Notes: a model not told the origin generated them from the sequence alone. A stretch of DNA of 64,000 nucleotides from Acidobacteriota bacterium (GCA_963666215.2 CAXWPL010000004.1:768001-832000), one strand, 5' to 3'; positions 1 to 7,242 are shown, counted from the stretch's first letter. A program made the numbers and translations.

Positions 1-1916
1 CCCTCGTCGAGGCCGACCACCCAGACGGTATCGAACTCGAGGCCCTTTGCAGCATGGATCGTCATGAGAGACACGCCGCGGCGGGCGCCAGACTGCGATT
101 CGGCATCGGAGATCAGCGCGGCACGGTCGAGGAAGCGGCCCAACAGCTTGGGGTCGGCCATGGTGGTGCCGCCGAGCTCCGCCGCCGACGAGACGACCTC
201 GTCGAGGTGGGCCAATCGCTCGAGCGGGTTGTCGGCGCTGCGCAGCGACTCTCGCAGGCCGCTGGCGTCGGCCACCTGTTCCACCAGCTGAGACAGTGTT
301 GTCTGGCCAAGGCCGCCGCCGAGCGTGACCACGATCTCGTGAAAGCGAACCAGGCCGGGCACCGCGGATGCAGGACAGCCAATCGCGCGTAGCGCGGCCT
401 TGGCGTTCGCCCCAGGCTCGTCGGAGCCAGGGCCGTCGGCCGCGCGCAGGATTTCGTCGAGAGCTTCGAAAGCCCCGACCCCCGGCCGCCACCGCGCGAG
501 CGCACCAATCGTCGCCGGCCCAACGCCCGGCATCTGGCCGGCTGCTCGCGCGAAGGCACCCTCGTCGGGCGTGACCAACAGCTTGAGCCAGGCAAGCAGA
601 TCGCGGATCTCGGCACGCCTGTAAAAAGTGGGCCCACCCACCACACGAAACGGCACCCCGCGACCCGCCAGCTCTTCTTCGAGAGGTCGCGACTGGGCGT
701 TCGTTCGGTAGAGCACGCCGAGGTCGTTCGCCGTTACCCCGGCGGCCATTCTCGAGGCGATCCCTTTGGCAACCCAGATCGACTCGCTGCGCCCGCTGGC
801 GCATTGCAAGACCTGGGGGAGGGGACCCTCGACGTCGGTATGGAGCGCCTTGCCGAGGCGCTCTCTGTTGTGACCAACGAGAGAGTTGGCCGCAGCCAGA
901 ATCGCACTCGTGGATCGGTAGTTGCGCTCCAGGCGGATCACCGTGGCACCGGGGAAATCGCTCTGGAAGTCGAGCACGTTGGCGATCTGGGCGCCGCGCC
1001 ACCGATAAATCGACTGGTCCTCGTCGCCGACGACCATCAGCGATCCACTGGCGGGCGAAGTCGAAGCCGACGGCGATGAGTCGCCTCCGGCGGCAGAATG
1101 TTCTGCTGGGCACCCGGGCGAGGGCATGGCGCTCAGAAGCGAAAGTTGCGGTTCGTCGTCCTGGTCGGGGCCCTCGCCGTGTGACGCGGCGGGGGCCGGC
1201 GCTGACCCCATGAGCTCGCGAAGCAGTCGGTACTGCAGGCGGTTGGTGTCCTGGTACTCGTCCACGAGCAGGTGCAGGAACCTGCCGCGCAGGAGCTTCC
1301 CGAGCGCGGGGTTCTCTTGCAGCGCGTGCAGTGGGCCGAAGAGCAACTCGTCGAAGTCAACGGCTCGCCGCCGCCGCAGCTCCGCGCGGTACGCAGGCCA
1401 GATGCGCCCCGCCAGTCGCTGCTCGAACTCGTAGCCGGCCACGTCCCAACCGGCCGGGTCTTCGAGCGCGTTCACACCACGACTACAGCGCTCGAGGAGG
1501 CGCCGCGGAGGCACCGTTTTCGGGTCGATTTCCAGCTCGTTCTGACAACCGCGCCAAACCGCAAGCGACTCCGAGCGGTCGTAGATAGCGAAGCCGGGAG
1601 GCGGCGCGCCCGGGCCGCCCGCGGCGTCGCGAAGGATGCGGAGTCCGAGCGCGTGGAACGTCAGCAACCAGAGGTCCGCCGGTTCTTCGCCGAGCAGCTC
1701 GAAAACCCGCTGCCGCATCTCCGCCGCCGATTTGTTGGTGAAGGTCAGAGCACAAATCGACGCCGGCACTGCACCCTGCTCGATAAGCCAGGCAATCCGG
1801 TGCGTGATAACCCGTGTCTTGCCGGAGCCAGCGCCAGCCAACACCAAGCAAGGGCCACCCGAGTGCGTGACCGCCGCGTGCTGTTCGGGGTTGAGAGCCT
1901 CGGATATCGATGACAT
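1..1916 (-). CDS. UvrD/PcrA-family ATP-dependent DNA helicase (3' end runs off the window)
   Basis: Manual translation from ATG at 1916: MSSISEALNPEQHAAVTHSGGPCLVLAGAGSGKTRVITHRIAWL...TFTNKSAAEM...DEYQDTN...VVGDEDQSIYRWRGA...LERNYRST...LYRTNAQSR (SF1A motifs). Absent from the ORF track because it has no stop in the window. Confidence 0.93.
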   Translation of the reverse strand, partial: MSSISEALNPEQHAAVTHSGGPCLVLAGAGSGKTRVITHRIAWLIEQGAVPASICALTFTNKSAAEMRQRVFELLGEEPADLWLLTFHALGLRILRDAAGGPGAPPPGFAIYDRSESLAVWRGCQNELEIDPKTVPPRRLLERCSRGVNALEDPAGWDVAGYEFEQRLAGRIWPAYRAELRRRRAVDFDELLFGPLHALQENPALGKLLRGRFLHLLVDEYQDTNRLQYRLLRELMGSAPAPAASHGEGPDQDDEPQLSLLSAMPSPGCPAEHSAAGGDSSPSASTSPASGSLMVVGDEDQSIYRWRGAQIANVLDFQSDFPGATVIRLERNYRSTSAILAAANSLVGHNRERLGKALHTDVEGPLPQVLQCASGRSESIWVAKGIASRMAAGVTANDLGVLYRTNAQSRPLEEELAGRGVPFRVVGGPTFYRRAEIRDLLAWLKLLVTPDEGAFARAAGQMPGVGPATIGALARWRPGVGAFEALDEILRAADGPGSDEPGANAKAALRAIGCPASAVPGLVRFHEIVVTLGGGLGQTTLSQLVEQVADASGLRESLRSADNPLERLAHLDEVVSSAAELGGTTMADPKLLGRFLDRAALISDAESQSGARRGVSLMTIHAAKGLEFDTVWVVGLDE

Positions 1917-2348
1917 CGCGGTTGTGAGTTCACCGTCGGGACAGGTCGTGAGTCGCCGTCGGGTTAGGTGGAGCGGTGGGTCGCGAGCCGCTGAGACTAC
2001 CGGCCGGTCACCGTCGCCGCTCGACACCCCGACCCGAGCGCGTTGGCCGGCGTCGCACAGCCGATAGGCGACGCGGCGTTCTGCAGACCGTCGACGAAGC
2101 GTCTGCGTCGCCGAAATCGCGAGAAGACCTTCGAACGAAGGCTATGGTCAGTCGCAACAGGAAAGCAGGATCGCCGGCACGCAAATAAATTGCGTTATAG
2201 TGGCCAAAACTGTGCCTGGATGGCCACCAGTGGGTGGTGTCCTAGTTTGAAATAGTTTGGTGCGCGCGAGCAGGTTCCGAAGCCTGCGCGGCAGGCGGAG
2301 AATCGGCTCTATAGAGGAGGCGAACCGTCGGCAGGCTGAACGACGTAC

Positions 2349-3290
2349 CTAGCCATCGTCGACCACCCCCGCTTCCTGCTGCACACGCTTCTGAGAGCGT
2401 TCCACAGCCCGCTTGGCCTTGCGTAGAACTAGGTTTATCCAGCTCTCAAAGTCCTCGTACTCCTCGACCGAGCGAAGCGCGGGCCACTGGAGAACCGCCT
2501 GACCGCTCTCAAGCGTGAACACGTCCTGGCTGTTGCCTTCGACCATTGGTGATCCTCCTCTACCCCCGGGGGCAGGATTCAACGGCGGCTTCAGCAGCAG
2601 TGCGGGCTTCTGTCCAGACACCAGTTCAGCGACCGGAATTCCCGTAGTGGTCCCTTCCACTTGCGCGTGGTCGCTGTCATAGAAACTGATGATCTTTCGT
2701 CCGCCTTCGGGGAACTGCAACACGCCGCCTTGTTCCCACTGTACGTAGTCTCCGACCGAGAAGTTGTGGCTGTCGGAGGAGTCTCCATCATCGTCCGACA
2801 GGCTATCAGACTCGGCCGGCCTGGCGAAAGCGAAGGTGGCCTTAAACTGCTTCAGGAAGTCCTTTGCGCCCTTATCAGTGAAACTCTTGTCGCTGCGCAA
2901 CCAGAAACGCACATTGACGTCCGAAGGCAGAGCGTCACTGTAGTTCTTGAGCATTTCTGCATGAATCGGGGGCTTCTCTGCTGCCTCGCGGATGAGCCGC
3001 GCCTTGTCCTCAGAGTCGGGACGCTCATCAATAATGATTCGCACCGCAAGGTCGGTCAGGCGCCCCTTCCGCTGATCTCCTCTTCCCTCATGATCCAACA
3101 GCCCGAACTTTTTCAGAGCGGCGAACGCGAGCCTTCCCCCACTGCTCTTGGGGGAGTAGTTCCAATGCCCGAGGATCGCCAAGACCGGCGCAGCATGCTG
3201 TTTCTCTTGACCGTACAGTGTTCGGGCCAGCTTAAGTGCTTCCTTTAGATCAATCGCAGGGTAGCTGGGGCTCCGTCCCTTCTTTGCCAT
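2349..3290 (-). CDS. Hypothetical passenger protein, probable N-terminal winged-helix (DUF5343-like) domain
   Basis: 313-aa ORF MAKKGRSPSYPAIDLKEAL...YSPKSSGG...AALKKFGLL, with GGAG RBS and its own promoter. Lower GC than the host genes. Family assignment is tentative. Confidence 0.7.
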   Translation of the reverse strand: MAKKGRSPSYPAIDLKEALKLARTLYGQEKQHAAPVLAILGHWNYSPKSSGGRLAFAALKKFGLLDHEGRGDQRKGRLTDLAVRIIIDERPDSEDKARLIREAAEKPPIHAEMLKNYSDALPSDVNVRFWLRSDKSFTDKGAKDFLKQFKATFAFARPAESDSLSDDDGDSSDSHNFSVGDYVQWEQGGVLQFPEGGRKIISFYDSDHAQVEGTTTGIPVAELVSGQKPALLLKPPLNPAPGGRGGSPMVEGNSQDVFTLESGQAVLQWPALRSVEEYEDFESWINLVLRKAKRAVERSQKRVQQEAGVVDDG

Positions 3291-3328
3291 GATTTCCACA
3301 CTCCATTTGTCCGAACCAGATGAAGACT

Positions 3329-3397
3329 AGAATACGCGACAAAGAAGAAGACTTCAAGACTCGCAGTCTTGCTGTCTGGAGACAAAGCGACTAAAGT
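3329..3397. promoter_or_regulatory. Back-to-back sigma70-type promoters inside element 1
   Basis: Minus strand: TTGAAG(3357-3352)-17 nt-TATTCT(3334-3329), toward the 3290 gene. Plus strand: TTGCTG(3369-3374)-17 nt-TAAAGT(3392-3397), toward the leader/transposase. Palindrome CAAGAC-N5-GTCTTG lies between them. Confidence 0.5.
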
Positions 3398-3413
3398 GTG
3401 TCCATCGTCAATA

Positions 3414-3448
3414 AGAAAGCCGGAAGCGGTTGTCGCCGCTTCCGGCTC
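3414..3448 (-). terminator. Hairpin upstream of the transposase leader, terminator-like on the antisense strand
   Basis: AGCCGGAAGCGG-TTGTCG-CCGCTTCCGGCT preceded by an A-rich AAGAAA (a U-tract on the minus strand). Confidence 0.5.
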
Positions 3449-3484
3449 AAAGCCTTTTCCCACCGTCGCTAAACAGGAGGAACG

Positions 3485-3688
3485 ATGCATTTCTACATCG
3501 GCTATTGGCCCATCGTACCACGGGGGCCGCCACTACTCCGAGGCCCCGATAAGGGGCTGTTGAACGACCCTAGAAAGCGCCCGGCTCCGCTGCTGTACAG
3601 CTCGGCCGGGCTAGATCCCAACGCGGGCAGAGCCGCACAGGAACCCTCAAAGCCATTGTGGTCCAGCCCGACATCCGGAGCAAGACCG
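3485..3688 (+). CDS. Leader peptide region MHFYIGYWPIVPRGPP... (putative arrest peptide), in frame with the transposase
   Basis: AGGAGG RBS 4 nt before the ATG. The first 16 codons are conserved with the element 2 leader, including synonymous changes. Confidence 0.55.
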
Positions 3689-4295
3689 ATGGCGAACAAG
3701 CTCTCTCAAGACAAGAAGCGCACCGTGATCTCAGCACTCGTCGAAGGCAACAGCATCCGCAGTATCGAGCGTATGACGGGCGTGCACCGCGACACCATCT
3801 GCCGGCTGCTCGTCCGCGTGGGCGACGGGTGCGAAGCGATGATGCGCGAGCGCTTCACCGGGCTCGACCTGGAGGATGTGCAGGTCGACGAGATCTGGAC
3901 CACTCCCAATCCACTAGGAGATAACCTATCCGTCGCTTCGCTCCGATGGCGTGATCACGATCAACCGTAATCAGTGATCACGTTCCCGTAATGACCGATC
4001 ACGATCACCGAAATACTCAGTTGTGGCCGGAGATCCAGATCCGGAGGCGATCTCCACGTCCTACGTCGAACGACAAAACCTGACGATGAGGATGCACATG
4101 CGGCGGTTCACGCGGCTCACCAACGGCTTCTCCAAGAACCTGCGGAACCTGCGAGCCGCCGTGTCGCTGCACTTCGCCTGGTACAACTTCGTGCGCGTCC
4201 ACAACAGCCTACGAACGACGCCTGCGGTCGTGGCGGGAGTAGCGGACGACGTTTGGTCGATGGACGATCTTCTGGCTTGGGAAGCGTCCTACTGA
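3689..4295 (+). pseudogene. IS1-family DDE transposase, internally deleted
   Basis: 5' part MANKLSQDKKRTVISALVEGNSIRSIERMTG...VDEIWT (3689-3900) and 3' part ...ISTSYVERQNLTMRMHMRRFTRLTNGFSK... (4021-4295) match the intact copy at 5354-6196. The middle is replaced by a foreign ~120-bp piece. Confidence 0.9.
3901..4019. mobile_element. Orphan end of an IS21-family element
   Basis: Three ~22-bp repeats (GTGATCACGATCAACCGTAATCA / GTGATCACGTTCCCGTAATGA / CCGATCACGATCACCGAAATAC) ending in ...CTCA at 4019, i.e. 5'-TG on the other strand. This is the repeated-end architecture typical of IS21. Confidence 0.7.
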
Positions 4296-4555
4296 TACGT
4301 GCCGCTTGCTTCTCTCACCGAGTGGAGCGTGACAGTCGTTTCATCGAAAGAGTAGTAGACGGTCAACGCCTTGATATCTGGCCACACTCCCGTGGCGATC
4401 GCCCAGATCTCATGATGCGTTTGGTGCCCCTGGGTAGGATCCAGGCAGAGAATCATATGCACCCCCGCCAGCACCTTGTCCAACCTGTTCGGGTTTGGCT
4501 CAAGGTCCCGAAACTCACGCAAGAATCGCGCTGTCTCGTGAATCCTATGCGCCAT
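4289..4555 (-). CDS. Small RelE/ParE-like putative toxin
   Basis: 88 aa, overlapping the stop of the Panacea gene. RelE-like pattern (HETARFLREF...LTVYYSFDETTVTLHSV). Confidence 0.55.
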   Translation of the reverse strand: MAHRIHETARFLREFRDLEPNPNRLDKVLAGVHMILCLDPTQGHQTHHEIWAIATGVWPDIKALTVYYSFDETTVTLHSVREASGTYQ

Positions 4556-5099
4556 CTGTCCCGGCAGCGGCGAGTTCTTGAGCTAGCTGCGCGCCGTAGG
4601 CCGTTTCTTCCTGCGTTAGGGGGCGCTTCGAGATGAAGACGGTTTCGTATGGAATAGTCTCGCCGTTCTCGACGATCTCCCACCCAACGTAACTATGCGA
4701 GAAGGCGCTGACCTCCGCCGCGTCCATGTCTTGGAAGTAATCGATGACATCGTTGACGATGGCGATCTGTTCCCCTGTGAAACCTGACAGGTCAGGGTCG
4801 CGCAGTGCCACAAGTCGATCCTGAACGAAGCCGTAACGCTCGCGGTGCTGAATGGCAGCTTCGCTCTGGTCGATGAGCCTCTTCCGAATCGGCAGCAATC
4901 GACGCGGTGCCGGCCCGCGATCAAGCCGTTGATACTCCTGCTCCGTAATCGCCGAACCGGTTTGTCCGAAGGCAATGAAGTCAGCGTAGAATAAGATCTT
5001 GTTGAGCTTGGTTGCGCCGAACTTCGGATCGTCTTCGGACCGCTCAGCAACGTACAGAATCAGCTCACGTAGCCGTTGGTCTCGTTCATCTGCGGTCAA
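4545..5099 (-). CDS. Panacea (DUF4065/SocA-like) antitoxin
   Basis: LRELILYVA...GATKLNKILFYADF...ITEQEYQRLDRGPAP...SH..GW..IPYE. Start chosen at TTG 5099 after GGAGAGGGGG; the ORF extends to 5132. Confidence 0.85.
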   Translation of the reverse strand: MTADERDQRLRELILYVAERSEDDPKFGATKLNKILFYADFIAFGQTGSAITEQEYQRLDRGPAPRRLLPIRKRLIDQSEAAIQHRERYGFVQDRLVALRDPDLSGFTGEQIAIVNDVIDYFQDMDAAEVSAFSHSYVGWEIVENGETIPYETVFISKRPLTQEETAYGAQLAQELAAAGTDGA

Positions 5100-5353
5100 A
5101 AGACACCCCCTCTCCGTCGTGTGCCCAGACAAATGTCTGTCTCACGCACCATCTTATGATCCCACGCGGAAGCCTGTCCTCATAGGACCGAAAATCCGTA
5201 GGGGGTCACGCGAGGTTCTTGCACCACCCCTGCAAAAAGCGAACCAAACTGCGCAGGAGTGACTTTCATAATGGGATACTATCCACCAGTGGGTAGTGTC
5301 CTAGTTTGAAGATCACCGCAACGTAGATTAGCACGATTATTGCCCTCTCTATC

Positions 5354-6196
5354 CTACGCCAGCGAGGGAGTCTCGAACGCCAGCAGATCCCCCAGCGCCC
5401 ACTCGCTGTCGGCAACCTCAGCCACCACGGCGGGAGTGGATCGCAGGCTGTCGTGGATACGGACGAAGTTGTACCAGGCAAAGTGCAGCGAAACGGCGGC
5501 TTCGAGGTTTCGTAGCGACTTCGAGAAGCCGTTCGTGAGCCTCGTGAAGCGCCTCATGCTCATACGCATCGTCAGGTTCTGTCTTTCGACGAAGCTCGTG
5601 GAGATCGCCTCCGGACACGGATCTCCGGCCATAACCTCAGTTGTGCAGCGGCTGACCCTCGGTGGTGAGTAACGTCCGAAGGATGGATTCGTGGCCGAGT
5701 AGCTTTTCGTCTGCGTGGCGTAGTCGATGCCACGGGCCGCCACGACGCCGAGAGCGGCCTTGTAGCCGGTGTAGGCGTCCGTAGTCAGCTGGAACGGTCC
5801 GTCGATCCTACGGGCCAGCTCCGAGATCATCTGATAGGCGTTGTGCCCGTTGCGCTTGCCGACGATCCAATGCGGCACCAACTTGGTTTCGGCGTCGAGC
5901 GCGACGAAGACCCATTGATCGCCATGCTTGGGATTCACGCGCTTGCCTGAGCGAATCACCGTGGCTTGCTTCTTCTTGACGTAGGTCCAGATTTCATCGA
6001 CCTGGAGATCGTCTAGGTGCAGACCGTGGAACCGTTCTCGCATCATGGCTTCGCAGCCCTCTCCGACCCGCACCAGTAAACGGCAAATGGTGTCGCGATG
6101 ACAGCCGGTCATGCGCTCGATGCTGCGGATGCTGTTGCCCTCCACCAGGGCGGAGACGATCATGCGTTTCTTCTCGGGGGCCAGTATGTTCGCCAT
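5354..6196 (-). CDS. IS1-family DDE transposase
   Basis: N-terminal HTH (GNSIRSIERMTGCHRDTI) and DDE motifs QVDEIWTYV, QLTTDAY, STSFVERQNLTMR. Confidence 0.92.
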   Translation of the reverse strand: MANILAPEKKRMIVSALVEGNSIRSIERMTGCHRDTICRLLVRVGEGCEAMMRERFHGLHLDDLQVDEIWTYVKKKQATVIRSGKRVNPKHGDQWVFVALDAETKLVPHWIVGKRNGHNAYQMISELARRIDGPFQLTTDAYTGYKAALGVVAARGIDYATQTKSYSATNPSFGRYSPPRVSRCTTEVMAGDPCPEAISTSFVERQNLTMRMSMRRFTRLTNGFSKSLRNLEAAVSLHFAWYNFVRIHDSLRSTPAVVAEVADSEWALGDLLAFETPSLA

Positions 6197-6252
6197 CGGT
6201 CTTGCTCCGGATGGCGGGCAGGACCACAATGGCTGTGAGGGTCCGATGCGGT

Positions 6253-6399
6253 CTATGCCCGCGTCTTGGATCTAGCCCGGTTCGCTGTTCGTGCAGTGGG
6301 CCGGGCGCTTTTTTGGTCGTGGAGGAGGCCCCTTTCGGGGCATGGGAGGCATGGCGGACCCCGTGGTAAGATAGGCAAATGACCGATGTGGAAACGCAT
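6253..6399 (-). CDS. Leader peptide MRFHIGHLPILPRGPP... (48 aa, putative arrest peptide)
   Basis: AGGAGG RBS, ATG at 6399, TAG at 6255-6253. Homologous to the 3485 leader. Confidence 0.55.
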   Translation of the reverse strand: MRFHIGHLPILPRGPPCLPCPERGLLHDQKSARPTARTANRARSKTRA

Positions 6400-6424
6400 C
6401 GTTCCTCCTGTTCAGAAGCGGGAG

Positions 6425-6499
6425 AGCCCCGGCGGGGAATCGAACCCCTATCAACCGGTTTTCAAGGCCGGTGCCCTTTGCCATTCGGGTAACCGGGGC
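6425..6499 (-). tRNA. Atypical tRNA or tRNA-like RNA, anticodon UGA, short variable loop, U73, inside the IS
   Basis: GCCCCGG TT ACCC GAATGGCAAA GGGC A CCGGC CTTGAAA ACCGG TTGAT AGGGG TTCGATT CCCCG CCGGGGC T. Perfect 7-bp acceptor stem, GG in the D-loop, TTCGA T-loop. No encoded CCA. Confidence 0.65.
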
Positions 6500-6512
6500 A
6501 ATGTGGTAAGTG

Positions 6513-6552
6513 GCGGCGACGAGAGGTACCAACTCTCGTCGCCGCTTTTTTT
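6513..6552 (+). terminator. Intrinsic terminator (possibly bidirectional) between the passenger gene and the tRNA-like gene
   Basis: GCGGCGACGAGAG-GTACCAA-CTCTCGTCGCCGC-TTTTTTT. Confidence 0.75.
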
Positions 6553-7032
6553 CTACGCGCCGTACCTCCGTGCTACGGCCCTGTCGATTCGATACCGACC
6601 GAAGCCGATCTTTTGCACTGCATTGTTATCAACAATACCTAGTCGAGATACTTTCGCGCGCAAAGTAGAGTCGGCAAGATCCGGATTGAACGACTTCGCC
6701 TTCCTGACGATCTCAGCAGACTTCCAGATCCGCTCCGGATCGGACGCCATCGCACGCAACACTGCTTCCTCTGCTGTCGGTGCACTGCTTCCACTGACGA
6801 CTTCCATCAACCCGATCCGTGCATCCCGTGGAAATATTTCACCAAGAGAATCGAAGATTTCACTCGCAAGTTTCAACATATGATGTCGAGTTTGTTGCAC
6901 CGCATGCATTTGACCGGCAATTTTCTGCCTACGGTCGTCTAACTCTTCGAGTTCTGCCTGAAGTGTGCCCTCGTCGTCTGCAAGTTGATGAGCGTCACGG
7001 ATCAGGCGCGTTGCAGTTTCTTTGTCTAGCAT
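6553..7032 (-). CDS. Hypothetical passenger protein: coiled coil plus probable C-terminal winged helix
   Basis: MLDKETATRLIRDAHQLADDEGTLQAELEELDDRRQK...WKSAEIVR..LRAKVSRL..VQKIGFGRYRI. GAGGG RBS and upstream TTGACT-16-TATCCT. Confidence 0.65.
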   Translation of the reverse strand: MLDKETATRLIRDAHQLADDEGTLQAELEELDDRRQKIAGQMHAVQQTRHHMLKLASEIFDSLGEIFPRDARIGLMEVVSGSSAPTAEEAVLRAMASDPERIWKSAEIVRKAKSFNPDLADSTLRAKVSRLGIVDNNAVQKIGFGRYRIDRAVARRYGA

Positions 7033-7206
7033 TTCTGTGCCCTCCGAATCGGAGGATATCACAGTCGGTAGCAAAGTCAAGAAAAAATTCAGGCACAGTT
7101 CGGCCCTCCTAGATCTGGTGTTGAGTGACAGGAAGTGGGTGAGATCGAACGTCGGGTAGTGGTCGAGCATGGGGGTTCTCAAATTAGGACACTACCCACC
7201 AGTGAC

Positions 7207-7236
7207 TTGACAAGCAATGCTTGAATTTCGTACAAT
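7207..7236 (+). promoter_or_regulatory. Near-consensus sigma70 promoter, copy 1
   Basis: TTGACA-18 nt-TACAAT, with the same layout at 9945-9974. Confidence 0.8.
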
Positions 7237-7242
7237 CTTTAG

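Larger units (their letters stand above)
2233..5283 (+). mobile_element. IS1-family (ISMhu11-like) cargo-carrying element 1; transposase disrupted
   Basis: Left IR GGTGGTGTCCTAGTTTGAAA at 2233. Right IR (reverse complement GATAGTATCCCATTATGAAA) ends at 5283. Flanked by CACCAGTG at 2225-2232 and 5284-5291. Contains transposase fragments and three passenger ORFs. Confidence 0.85.
5292..7196 (-). mobile_element. IS1-family (ISMhu11-like) cargo-carrying element 2, apparently intact
   Basis: IRs GGTAGTGTCCTAGTTTGA (from 5292) and TCAAATTAGGACACTACC (ending 7196). Flanked by CACCAGTG at 5284-5291 and 7197-7204. Confidence 0.9.

Noticed and set aside
3951-4019. Short repeats as a mini-CRISPR array or iterons
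   Set aside because: The repeats are contiguous and degenerate, with no spacers and no cas or rep gene. They fit an IS21 end.
6308-6315. A6G run as a programmed -1 frameshift fusing the leader to transposase 2
   Set aside because: The run is not in X_XXY_YYZ phase with the leader, and the -1 frame stops at TAG 6274-6272 before the transposase.
6425-6499. selC (tRNA-Sec) serving the selenoprotein
   Set aside because: The anticodon is UGA, not UCA, and it has no long variable arm or extended acceptor stem.
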